Positions 17,026 to 25,616 of a DNA stretch of 35,603 nt are shown piece by piece. The stretch comes from Pseudomonadota bacterium (GTDB lineage Bacteria; Desulfobacterota; Desulfobaccia; Desulfobaccales; 0-14-0-80-60-11). Position numbers and translations under genes: made by a program. The stretch spans positions 1 to 35,603 of the forward strand of contig JAHIKF010000008.1 of assembly GCA_018897875.1 (NCBI GenBank), given 5' to 3'. How positions within the stretch are numbered: position 1 is the stretch's first letter; the number at the start of each line of letters is the position of its first letter. The notes beneath the pieces were generated by a model. The model saw only the letters and a program-made list of their open reading frames with translations, was not told the origin of the DNA and searched no databases.

Positions 17026-17808
17026 ATGAGCGAACTTTACCTGGGCATCGATCTCGGGGCTTCGGCCACCAAGGCGGTTCTTCTCGATAGCCGCCGGCAG
17101 ATTGTCGCCAGGACGGTAGTGGCTACTGGCCTTGATTTCACCCGTGTAGGACAAGAGGTATTGGAGGCCGTCCTCCGACAGGCCGGAGCAGACATGGAGC
17201 ACATCCGGTGCGCCGTGGCCACCGGGTACGGCCGAAAAAATGTGCACTTTCCCTGTCTCAGCAAGACCGAGATCTCCTGCCATGGGCGCGGAGCTTATCA
17301 CTACTTTCCTGAAGCCATCACGGTGGTGGATATTGGCGGCCAGGACACCAAAATCATCAGGCTCGGACCGGATGGCCGTCTCCTCGACTTCCAGATGAAC
17401 CGCAAATGCGCCGCCGGCACGGGCGCTTTCTTGGAAGAGATGGCCCGCCGGCTCGATCTCTCTTTGAGCGAACTGGAGCAACTGGCCGGGCAAAGCCAAC
17501 AGGATGTCAAGCTCGGCTCGTATTGCACGGTCTTTACTTTTACCGAAATCCTGGCCCTGAGCCGCCGTGGGATAGCTGTCCCGGACCTGGTCAAAGCTAT
17601 CTTTAACGCCATTGTCCAACGAGTTACAGAGTTGGGCGTCCTATCCGGCAAGATCGTGGCCACTGGCGGGGTGGTAGCCTACAACCCCACTGTTGCCAAC
17701 CTTCTTGCCAACAGAATCGGCGTTGACCCCCTGATCCCGCCAGAGCCTCAACTTATCGGCGCCCTGGGTGCCGCCCTTTTCGCCTTTGAGGAAGCCGAGC
17801 ATGCATAA
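17026..17808 (+). CDS. BcrAD/BadFG/HgdC-type ATPase (acyl-CoA dehydratase activase)
   Basis: It has an ASKHA fold start (LYLGIDLGASATKAVLLD), then VVDIGGQDTKII, and MNRKCAAGTGAFLE and GSYCTVF (Cys ligands of the bridging [4Fe-4S] cluster in HgdC-type activators). Confidence 0.9.
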   Translation: MSELYLGIDLGASATKAVLLDSRRQIVARTVVATGLDFTRVGQEVLEAVLRQAGADMEHIRCAVATGYGRKNVHFPCLSKTEISCHGRGAYHYFPEAITVVDIGGQDTKIIRLGPDGRLLDFQMNRKCAAGTGAFLEEMARRLDLSLSELEQLAGQSQQDVKLGSYCTVFTFTEILALSRRGIAVPDLVKAIFNAIVQRVTELGVLSGKIVATGGVVAYNPTVANLLANRIGVDPLIPPEPQLIGALGAALFAFEEAEHA

Positions 17809-19189
17809 ACCGCAAGATCGCCACATTTTAGACTTCCTGTTCCAGCCGCGCTCCGTAGCCGTCATCGGGGCCAGCAAGCGGCCGCTCACCATCGGCAACC
17901 GGATTGTCCGAAACTTGATGGACATGCAGTTTACCGGGCCCATCTATCCGGTTCATCCCAAGGACTCGGAAATTGAGGGTCTGGCTGCCTACCCCTCCAT
18001 TTCTCATGTCCCGGGGGACGTGGACCTGGCCCACATCATCGTCAAAAACGTCCAGGTGCCCCGCGTTCTGGCCGACTGCGCCCGCAAGGGTGTGAAGATA
18101 GCCATCATCAACACTGCCGGTTTTAAAGAAGTGGGGCCGGAAGGGGCCCGCCTGGAAGCCGAACTGGTTCGCCTCGCCCAGAGCAACGGGATTCGCATTT
18201 TTGGCCCCAATTGCCAGGGTATCATCAATACTGATCCGGAGGTAAATGCTTATTGCAACTTTACCTTTACCAAACCCCTGGCCGGCTATATCTCAATTTT
18301 TTCTCAGTCGGGGGGTGTGGGGGAGGTGATAAACAATCGCCTTTGCGAACTGGGCGAAGGGTTGCGCATGTATGCCTCCACCGGCAATGCCTGCGACATC
18401 GACTGTCCGGAGATCCTGGAGTTCTGGGGTGATGACCCGGATACCCGGGTCATCATCTGTCACCTGGAAAATATTGAAGACCCGGGAAACTTCATCAAGG
18501 TGGCCCGGGAAGTCTCCCAAAAGAAACCCATTCTCGTTATGCTCACTGGCCGCACCAGTATTGGGGCACGGGCCGTAGCCTTTCATTGTGGCGGGACGAT
18601 TACCGGAAGAATAGGGGACGAATCCCTGGCTGCCGAGTCCGGGGTTCTGGCATTCCGCAGTCTCGAAGAAATCTGCCAGGCTGCGCGTGCCTTTGTCCAT
18701 ATGAAAATTCCACGAGGCAGACGCGTCGGCGTCATCACCAACACGGGGGGGCCAGGGATTATTGCCGCGGATGAACTGAGCGAAGCCGGCTGCGAACTAC
18801 CCGAGCCGGACGAAGCAACCAAGAAAATACTCAGGAGTGCACTTTATCCTGAAGCTATTGTTTCAAACCCGGTTGATGTTCTGGCCACAGCCGGACCGGA
18901 GCACTTTAGGGCGGTGCTGGAGGCAATGCTTGGGGACCCCAATATAGATAGCCTACTCTTTAGTTTCGTTACGCCGTTTTTCGTGGATTGCGAGGCAGTA
19001 GCTCGGGTGGTGGTGGAAGCTAGAGCAAAAACCCATAAGCCGATTGTATGCGTGGTAATGACCGATAAAACTTTATGGAGTTCCACCTTAGAAATTTTTC
19101 GACAGGCCGGGATTCCTACCTACGCCCAGCCGGAGATCGGCGCTCGGGTCCTTGCGGCTATGACCACGTATGGACTAATTGCATCTTAA
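17801..19189 (+). CDS. CoA-binding protein of the ADP-forming acyl-CoA synthetase (ACD/NDP-forming) alpha type; no ATP-grasp beta domain
   Basis: It has LFQPRSVAVIGAS...IYPVHP (CoA-binding Rossmann), GIRIFGPNCQGIIN and a His-loop region (AVAFHCGGTITG). At 462 aa it lacks the ATP-grasp part of fused ACDs. ATG 17801 overlaps the activase stop. Confidence 0.8.
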   Translation: MHKPQDRHILDFLFQPRSVAVIGASKRPLTIGNRIVRNLMDMQFTGPIYPVHPKDSEIEGLAAYPSISHVPGDVDLAHIIVKNVQVPRVLADCARKGVKIAIINTAGFKEVGPEGARLEAELVRLAQSNGIRIFGPNCQGIINTDPEVNAYCNFTFTKPLAGYISIFSQSGGVGEVINNRLCELGEGLRMYASTGNACDIDCPEILEFWGDDPDTRVIICHLENIEDPGNFIKVAREVSQKKPILVMLTGRTSIGARAVAFHCGGTITGRIGDESLAAESGVLAFRSLEEICQAARAFVHMKIPRGRRVGVITNTGGPGIIAADELSEAGCELPEPDEATKKILRSALYPEAIVSNPVDVLATAGPEHFRAVLEAMLGDPNIDSLLFSFVTPFFVDCEAVARVVVEARAKTHKPIVCVVMTDKTLWSSTLEIFRQAGIPTYAQPEIGARVLAAMTTYGLIAS

Positions 19190-19235
19190 TGTTGGCCTCC
19201 GTGGAGACCGAGAAAAATAGAGGATCGCGGTCATC

Positions 19236-19835
19236 TCACTTAAAATACCGGCCCAACATGAAAATTACGGACTCGACTCCCTTATTGTTATGATTCAATC
19301 CGGCGTTGGAGATGTGATGATACCGTGCAGCCGCGAAAAACGGCAACCCTGAACCAATCATGATTTCGGTGCCGATACCCGCCTGGGGATTGAAATTTAT
19401 CCGCGAGCCCTGCCCCTTCACCTGAAAGTCGGTATAGATAACGCCGATGCCCCCTTCGATATAGGGACGCGTATAGCGGGTGGAGATAAAATCCAGGTAA
19501 TATAAGGCCAGCATCCCCAGTGAGGTCATAAAGCGGGCCTGGGGTGTCAGGCTCGAGCCGATGGTACCCTCTAATTTCCACCGCAACAACTTGGGCGCCG
19601 GGTGATGCCAGACCTTGGCATAATCCCACATGCCAAAGGCCGAGAGTTGCAGGAAGCGGATATCAGACTGGGGCGCAAAAGTGTTGCCATAGATGAGAGC
19701 AGCACCGTAGCGACCGCGCACTTCTTCCTCCTCCGGAGCCTGGCCCGACGCCAGGCCGGAGAAGATTGGAAGAAGCAAGCATGCCAACATTATCGGCAGG
19801 AATAGATGTGCCCGGAAAGGATAGTTCCTAAACAT
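19236..19835 (-). CDS. pagL: PagL-like lipid A 3-O-deacylase / acyloxyacyl hydrolase outer-membrane protein
   Basis: It has a signal peptide, a beta-barrel-like alternating pattern and a C-terminal Phe-rich end. The motif HHISNAG...NKGVE (19272-19316) has His-x-Ser and a Glu 12 residues after the Ser, the same spacing as the PagL His126/Ser128/Glu140 triad. Confidence 0.85.
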   Translation of the reverse strand: MFRNYPFRAHLFLPIMLACLLLPIFSGLASGQAPEEEEVRGRYGAALIYGNTFAPQSDIRFLQLSAFGMWDYAKVWHHPAPKLLRWKLEGTIGSSLTPQARFMTSLGMLALYYLDFISTRYTRPYIEGGIGVIYTDFQVKGQGSRINFNPQAGIGTEIMIGSGLPFFAAARYHHISNAGLNHNNKGVESVIFMLGRYFK

Positions 19836-19908
19836 AGTAGTAGCATATGCTCGCTTTTCAGAGTTATTTGTCGGTCATATCCAGATAAGTCCTTCTTCCC
19901 AATCAGGT

Positions 19909-20493
19909 CTAACCTCTGCGGTAAAAATACTTATTGATTCTATGTGGGACAATACGAGCAAGCTTGACAAGACGATCTTGAATATCATCTGGTTTAGCAT
20001 GTATTTGCTGAAACCATAACTTCTGCCCGGTCTTAGCGTCAAACAAATTAATGTCCATTAATACCATGGGGCCATAAGTATAAGTAACTACAGCTATTGC
20101 ATCATAATCATTTATGTTTGTGAAGCGCACCGTGGGCGGAGAGGTGCTGGCATCTACCGAGGCATCAGGGATAGTGTTCACTTTTGGTAAGGCTGAAAGA
20201 TACCTGGGCACTGATTCCGCAATTTTCCCTAAGATCATGGGGACATATTTTGCGTCAGCTCCGGTCCCCGGGGCGCACACAATGGCCAGACGGCCATACT
20301 TAGCTGCCCGGGTGCCTTGCATGGGGTAAGGTTTTTGTTCAGCGGGGGTTTCCACCGCCACTGACTTTTCCGCAGGTGCAGCCTCCGGCGCAATGGATGT
20401 TTCCGGAGTGGTCTCCGTGCGAGCGGAGCTGCCGGCGCAGCCAACCGCTCCCACCAAACAAGCCACCAACAAAACCATGATTGTTTTTTTCAT
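19909..20493 (-). CDS. Probable lipoprotein of unknown function
   Basis: It has MKKTIMVLLVACLVGAVGCAGSS (signal peptide plus a lipobox-like Cys), followed by a Pro/Ala/Glu-rich linker and a globular domain. I recognise no family. Confidence 0.6.
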   Translation of the reverse strand: MKKTIMVLLVACLVGAVGCAGSSARTETTPETSIAPEAAPAEKSVAVETPAEQKPYPMQGTRAAKYGRLAIVCAPGTGADAKYVPMILGKIAESVPRYLSALPKVNTIPDASVDASTSPPTVRFTNINDYDAIAVVTYTYGPMVLMDINLFDAKTGQKLWFQQIHAKPDDIQDRLVKLARIVPHRINKYFYRRG

Positions 20494-20785
20494 GCCAGTC
20501 TCCTATGAGGAATGTATGTCTATTTCATCCTTGTTTAGGTGTTATGGTTCCTGCATGCCTTACTCGCCTGTTCGGAGGGTGGTGCTACGCTGGAGAGCGA
20601 CCTGAACACCGACCAGAATTTAAATCAAGCACAGCTGCTTTAAATTTGCAAGGAAAAACCCCTGCTGTCTGGCACGCTAATTGAGTGGCAAAGGTTGGCG
20701 ATTATCAGGTGGTCCAGAGCAAAGCATAGCCTATATGTCACAACGTTCCATGAGCATGGTTTGGGCTTATATGGCCCCGGTGGCC

Positions 20786-23431
20786 TTACTCCAAAGCCAT
20801 GAGGATCAGCTCGGCAATATCCATCACTTTCACCACATCTCCTGGTTCCCGGCTCTTGCTGATTCCCCTGGTTAGTTGGCGTTTGCACATCGGACAAGCG
20901 GTGCCAATAATCTGGGCTCCGGATTCTCGGCTTTGTCCAGCCCGCCTTGCAGCCATGTGTACGGCAAGCTCCCCTGATAATGCCGGCACGCCGCTGCCGC
21001 CACCACAGCATACCGACTCCTCCCGCTGTTGGGGAAATTCCATCAGCGTGACCCCGGGGATGGATTCCAGAAGCCGGCGCGGTTCCGTGTAGATCCCCAG
21101 ATGTCTGCCGAGGAGGCAGGGATCATGATAAATTACCTGCTGCCCTAAACTGCGTTTGAACTCCAGCTTGCCGTTGGCAAACATCTGGTAAAGGTATTCA
21201 GGGATGCTTTGCACCTTAAGACGCCAACCATCCACTACCTGGGGATATAGCTGCCCCAGGGCGATCAAACAGCTGGGGCAAGGAGTTATGACCAACTCCG
21301 GGCTATGGGTGATAATTCTGGCCGCCAACGCCCTGGCGGCCTGGCGGAATGCTTCCTCCCCGCCCCATTGAGCTAAGGGTTGACCACAGCAAATCTCATC
21401 GTCCAGAACGGCATAGGGCACCCGGGCCAGATCCAGGATGCGCAGCAGTGAAAAAGAGAGGCGCCGGTCCAGATAGCTGGCGTCGCAACCCAAATAAACC
21501 AGCACCTTGGCTTGCTTACTATTTGAAATACACTGCCCTTGGGGGAACTGGCCGCGCCGGAACCGCTTTTCCCGGGATAGACCGTAAGGGTTCCCGGTAC
21601 GTTGGAGCTTGGCCACCATGGCTTGATACTCTTTGGGGAGATAGCCGGACTTGAAGCTTTGCCGTCGCATGGTCGTCACCAGACCGGCCACGTCAATCTC
21701 AGCGGGGCAATGGCTCTGGCAGGCCCCGCAAGTGGTGCAAAGGTAAAATTTCCGCGCTACTTCCTCGGAAAGGGCAAGCCCGCCGGTGCGCACCAGGTTC
21801 GCCAGCTGCATTTTGCCGCGCACATTGTCCCCCTCACGCCCGGTGACTGCAAAAATAGGACATGCCGCACGGCAGAAGCCGCACATCATGCAAAGGAGGG
21901 CATCGCGATCGGCGCGCTTAGAGCCCAGGCTGGCCAGGCTCCCCGGCCTGGTGCTTGGAACAGCGAAGGCGAAGTGGCTTGGCTTGACTGGAAAATCGGC
22001 GAAAAATCCCAGCTTGCCCGGGTTCATGATATCTTGCGGGTCAAGAAAATTCTTTACCTGGTGCATCAGGGCATGGCTGGTGCCCAGTTCTTGCTTGATG
22101 AAAGAGGCTTTTGCCAGACCAATGCCATGCTCCGCGGAAATTGTTCCTCCCAGCTCAAGAGCCAGGCGATGCAAGTCATCGGCCAGTTGTTTGGCTTTCT
22201 CCCATTCCTCTCTATCAAGAGGATTGATTATAAAAGTGGTGTGGATGTTCCCGTCTCCTGCATGACCAAAGAGGACAACCCGCACCCCTGAGGCCGCGGC
22301 CAATTCCTGGCTGCGGCGGACGGCCTCGGGGACCCTGCTCACCGGCACCCCGATATCTTCGGCCATGGGCACGAGCCGCGTCCCATTCCGGCAGGAACTC
22401 AGCGCGGTCACCAAGTGCTGTCGCCAGCGCCAGATTTTCTCCCGCTCACTGGACTTTTCTATGACATATACCCGGGTGGCACCGACTTGAGTGCATAGAG
22501 CATGCAACTCTTCAATCTTACCGGTTACCATTGAGTTGGGGCCATCTATTTCCAGAAGGAGCATGCCCCTGGTGTCAGGGAAATCGAGGCCGGTATCCGG
22601 GGTGAACCCCTGGAGTGAATACCAGTCCATCAACTCACAAGCCGAGAGAGGCATACCGCTCGCGAGGATTTGGACTGCGGCTTGCGCTGCCGCCTCCAAA
22701 GAAGGAAAACCGGCGATACAGGTGCGGATGGCTTCCGGCCGGGGTAGGATGCGCAGGGTGGCCTCGGTAATCACTCCCATCGTGCCTTCAGCGGACACAA
22801 ATAGGCGGGTCAGATCAAACCCTGTCGAGGCTTTGGGTGTGCGGTGCCCGGGGTGGATAATTTCCCCCGTTGCCAGGACCACTTCCAAAGCCAGGACATA
22901 ATCGGCGGTAGTCCCATATTTGAGGGCGCTCCGGCCGGAGGCGTTGGTGGAGATCATCCCCCCGATGGTGGCCACTTCCAGGCTCCCGGGGTCCGGAGGG
23001 AAATAATAGGTCGGCGCCAGGGCAGCATTGAGCCGGCCACAGACGACCCCCGGTTCCACTACGACATATTGATCCACCAGATTTATCTCTTTGATACGGT
23101 TCATCCCGGAAAGATCCAGGACAATTCCACCCTTGATAGGGATCACGGCTCCGGTAACACTGGTTCCGGCCCCTCGGGGCGTGATGGGAATTTTATTTTG
23201 GAGGGCGAACTTCAGGATTTTCTGGACATCGCTCGCACCTTCGGCCATGACCACGGCATCGGGGACCGCCGTATAAATGGACATGTCCCTGGAATAGGCC
23301 ACGCATTCAGGGCCCTTTCCAAGTATTTTCTTGCTTCCCAGGAGGTTGGTTAATTCGTGAATCAAATTGAACTTCATATCCGGAGCAGTGACCCTTACCT
23401 TCCCGAGTTCGGTAACTGGATTCTCTCCCAT
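20786..23431 (-). CDS. FAD-linked oxidase (GlcD / PCMH type) fused to 4Fe-4S dicluster and CCG (GlcF/HdrD-like) domains
   Basis: The N-terminus matches FAD_binding_4 (PDAVVMAEGASDVQKILKFALQNKIPITPRGAGTSVTG). The middle carries two CxxCxxCxxxCP motifs (CMMCGFCRAACP, CTTCGACQSHCP). The C-terminus has two Cys-rich CCG-type repeats (LGCDASY...EICCGQP; HDPCLLGRH...VCCGGGSG). Confidence 0.88.
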   Translation of the reverse strand: MGENPVTELGKVRVTAPDMKFNLIHELTNLLGSKKILGKGPECVAYSRDMSIYTAVPDAVVMAEGASDVQKILKFALQNKIPITPRGAGTSVTGAVIPIKGGIVLDLSGMNRIKEINLVDQYVVVEPGVVCGRLNAALAPTYYFPPDPGSLEVATIGGMISTNASGRSALKYGTTADYVLALEVVLATGEIIHPGHRTPKASTGFDLTRLFVSAEGTMGVITEATLRILPRPEAIRTCIAGFPSLEAAAQAAVQILASGMPLSACELMDWYSLQGFTPDTGLDFPDTRGMLLLEIDGPNSMVTGKIEELHALCTQVGATRVYVIEKSSEREKIWRWRQHLVTALSSCRNGTRLVPMAEDIGVPVSRVPEAVRRSQELAAASGVRVVLFGHAGDGNIHTTFIINPLDREEWEKAKQLADDLHRLALELGGTISAEHGIGLAKASFIKQELGTSHALMHQVKNFLDPQDIMNPGKLGFFADFPVKPSHFAFAVPSTRPGSLASLGSKRADRDALLCMMCGFCRAACPIFAVTGREGDNVRGKMQLANLVRTGGLALSEEVARKFYLCTTCGACQSHCPAEIDVAGLVTTMRRQSFKSGYLPKEYQAMVAKLQRTGNPYGLSREKRFRRGQFPQGQCISNSKQAKVLVYLGCDASYLDRRLSFSLLRILDLARVPYAVLDDEICCGQPLAQWGGEEAFRQAARALAARIITHSPELVITPCPSCLIALGQLYPQVVDGWRLKVQSIPEYLYQMFANGKLEFKRSLGQQVIYHDPCLLGRHLGIYTEPRRLLESIPGVTLMEFPQQREESVCCGGGSGVPALSGELAVHMAARRAGQSRESGAQIIGTACPMCKRQLTRGISKSREPGDVVKVMDIAELILMALE

Positions 23432-23491
23432 CCTTGATTGAGGAATTTTCAGAAGAGAATTTAATGGTGAGAATTCAAATCGGAGTGCACC

Positions 23492-24733
23492 CTATCGTAA
23501 ATCACATCCTTCCACATGCCGGAAGTCAAACAGCAGCGAGGCGTAGGTTCCTCCGAAACCAAAGGAGTTGGAAAGGGCCATTCTGATTCTTGCCGGAGTG
23601 CATTCGGTGATAATCTTGATTCTGGGGCAATCTGGCTGGAAACTGTTGAAATTCAGATTCGGAGCGATGAAGCCTTCCCGGGCCATCAGGATAGTGTAAA
23701 GAGCCTCGCTTGCCCCCGCCATCCAACATTCATGGCCGGTCATGGATTTAGTTGAAGAGACGGGAACACCTTCGCCGAACACCGCCGCAATGGCCTGGGC
23801 TTCCACAAGATCCCCTGCAGGAGTGGAGGTGGCGTGGGCGTTAATGTAATCGACCTCTTGGTGACCAATCCCGCCATCTTGCAAGGCCATCTGCATGGCC
23901 CTTATGGCCCCTGAAAGGCTCGGTTCCGAAAGGTTGGCGCCTACCTGAGAGGCAAAGCCATAACCCCTGACGATCCCGTAAATCCGCGCACCCCGTTTCC
24001 GGGCGTGCTCCAGTTCCTCCAGGATCAAACAGGCAGCGCCACCACTGGGCACCAATCCATCCCGTTCGGCATCGAAAGGCCGGGAAGCTTTCTCTGGGGC
24101 ATCGTGACGGCGGGAAAAGGCCCCTAAGGCATCGAAGCTGGCTATGCTTTGCCAGTTGGTCTCCTGGGCCCCGCCGACGATGACGATATCCTGCAACCCG
24201 CTGCGGATAAGCATCAGGGCCTGGCCAATGACGTGGGCCCCGCTGGCACAGGCGGCGCTTAATGACCAATTCGCACCCTGGGTGCCAAAATAGGCAGCCA
24301 GATTCATGGATATGGTGGAGTTCATAGACTTGAACACGTAGCCTGATCCCAGATAATGAGTTCCGCCATGTTCATTCACCAGATCGATGGCCTCTACTGC
24401 CGCGCCGACAGTGCTATCGTTGCCGAAGATAAGGCCGCACCGGTCATTGCGAAGATGCTCCTCCAAGAGACCTGAGTCCTTGACGGCAGCGATGGCCGCG
24501 GCCGCGGCATATTGCGCCGGTTCTCCCATGGTGTTTAGGTGCTTGCGTTTCAAGCCCCATTGTCGCGGGTCGAAGTCTGCAATCCGACCGGTCAGGCCAG
24601 ACCGAAACCCCCGTTTTATCCTGTCCTCATCTAATATAACCCCAGATTTTCCTTGCTTTAATGAACAAGCGACCTCATTGAGGGTTTGCCCGATACAGGA
24701 AATTATTCCCAACCCGGTAATTGCAACTGTCAT
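23492..24733 (-). CDS. Beta-ketoacyl-ACP synthase, FabB (KAS I)-like
   Basis: Active-site contexts are SLSAACASGAHVIGQA and NAHATSTPAGD. It also has KSMTGHECWMAGASEALYTILMAREGFIAPNLN, a FabB-like tail with an unusual ECWM in place of LLGA. I prefer ATG 24733 (MTVAITGLGII, with GGAG 6 nt upstream). The track ORF extends to ATG 24805. Confidence 0.88.
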   Translation of the reverse strand: MTVAITGLGIISCIGQTLNEVACSLKQGKSGVILDEDRIKRGFRSGLTGRIADFDPRQWGLKRKHLNTMGEPAQYAAAAAIAAVKDSGLLEEHLRNDRCGLIFGNDSTVGAAVEAIDLVNEHGGTHYLGSGYVFKSMNSTISMNLAAYFGTQGANWSLSAACASGAHVIGQALMLIRSGLQDIVIVGGAQETNWQSIASFDALGAFSRRHDAPEKASRPFDAERDGLVPSGGAACLILEELEHARKRGARIYGIVRGYGFASQVGANLSEPSLSGAIRAMQMALQDGGIGHQEVDYINAHATSTPAGDLVEAQAIAAVFGEGVPVSSTKSMTGHECWMAGASEALYTILMAREGFIAPNLNFNSFQPDCPRIKIITECTPARIRMALSNSFGFGGTYASLLFDFRHVEGCDLR

Positions 24734-24808
24734 TCCGATCTCCGAGGAAGGCAAGTTTGCCAAAGCCTTACTGGAATCCATGCCGCTTTTGTCTCCAGCC
24801 GGCATAGG

Positions 24809-25543
24809 TTAAAACACTCCCCCGTTCACTCCTATTACCTGGCCCGTGATATAGGCGGCGTCGGGCGAGCAGAGAAAAACCACCAGTGCCGCCACCTCCT
24901 CAGGCCTCCCGAGCCTGGCCATTGGTATGGTCTTAACGATCTCTTGTAAGGGCAAACCCTGAAGCATTTCGGTATCAATGAAGCCCGGTGCTATGGCATT
25001 GACAGAGATGCCACGCTTGGCAACTTCTTTGGCCAGAGCCTGGGTAGCCCCGATAAGCCCGGCTTTGGCGGCGGAGTAATTCACCTGTCCCGGCATGCCC
25101 GATTGTCCCGACGTCGAAGAAATATTTATGATGCGGCCGAAGCGCTTGAGAAGCATCTCTTTGACTATAGGGCGGGTCACATTGTAAAAGCCTGTAAGGG
25201 TAGTGTCAATCACATTATGCCAGCTCTTCTGCTCCATCCACACCAGCAGCATATCGTTTCGGATACCGGCGTTGTTCACCAGAATGTGCAGAGTGCCGTG
25301 ACGCTCAAGGATGTTGGTAACGGCCGTTTCGGTGGCTTCATGGTCAGTGACGTCGAAAGGGACTAGCTCCCCGGAGCCGCCGGAAGCTTCCACCTGGGTT
25401 AACGTTTCCCTGGCAGCATCCTCTGCAGTGTGGTAATTGATCAGCACATGCCTGCCAGTACTCGCCAGGGCGATGGCTATCGCCTTGCCGATCCCTCGGC
25501 TGGCCCCGGTTACCAATGCTACTTGTTTGGTCTTCTCGTCCAC
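24809..25543 (-). CDS. fabG: 3-oxoacyl-ACP reductase (SDR)
   Basis: It has VALVTGASRGIGKAIA (TGxxxGxG), NNAG, and YSAAK (catalytic Tyr-x3-Lys). I prefer GTG 25543, which is preceded by GAGGAAGGA-N5. ATG 25594 is an alternative. The 342-aa track ORF overlaps the upstream gene and is too long. Confidence 0.9.
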   Translation of the reverse strand: MDEKTKQVALVTGASRGIGKAIAIALASTGRHVLINYHTAEDAARETLTQVEASGGSGELVPFDVTDHEATETAVTNILERHGTLHILVNNAGIRNDMLLVWMEQKSWHNVIDTTLTGFYNVTRPIVKEMLLKRFGRIINISSTSGQSGMPGQVNYSAAKAGLIGATQALAKEVAKRGISVNAIAPGFIDTEMLQGLPLQEIVKTIPMARLGRPEEVAALVVFLCSPDAAYITGQVIGVNGGVF

Positions 25544-25616
25544 TTGGTTCCTTCCTCTTTTGGCTTTGAGCCGGGTGACAGGCGCGCTTTCCATGGTTGC
25601 CGCCCGCAAGGCGGCT

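Noticed and set aside
19190-19235. I looked for a bidirectional terminator between the convergent ACD-alpha and PagL-like genes.
   Set aside because: Only short imperfect inverted repeats (GACCG...CGGTC with a long loop) are present, with no clear stem plus T-tract. I cannot support a terminator call.
20670-20685. TGGCACGCTAATTGAG on the plus strand is a near-perfect sigma54 -24 element.
   Set aside because: The -12 position reads GA instead of the invariant GC. No plus-strand gene lies downstream, because the next 2.6 kb is a minus-strand gene.
25599-25615. A GC hairpin (GCCGCC-CGCAA-GGCGGC) lies just after the stop of the C45 gene and before fabG.
   Set aside because: No U-tract follows it on the transcribed (minus) strand, and fabG has a strong Shine-Dalgarno sequence about 55 nt further on. 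It is more likely an intercistronic stem-loop or coincidence than a terminator, and I could not support a function.
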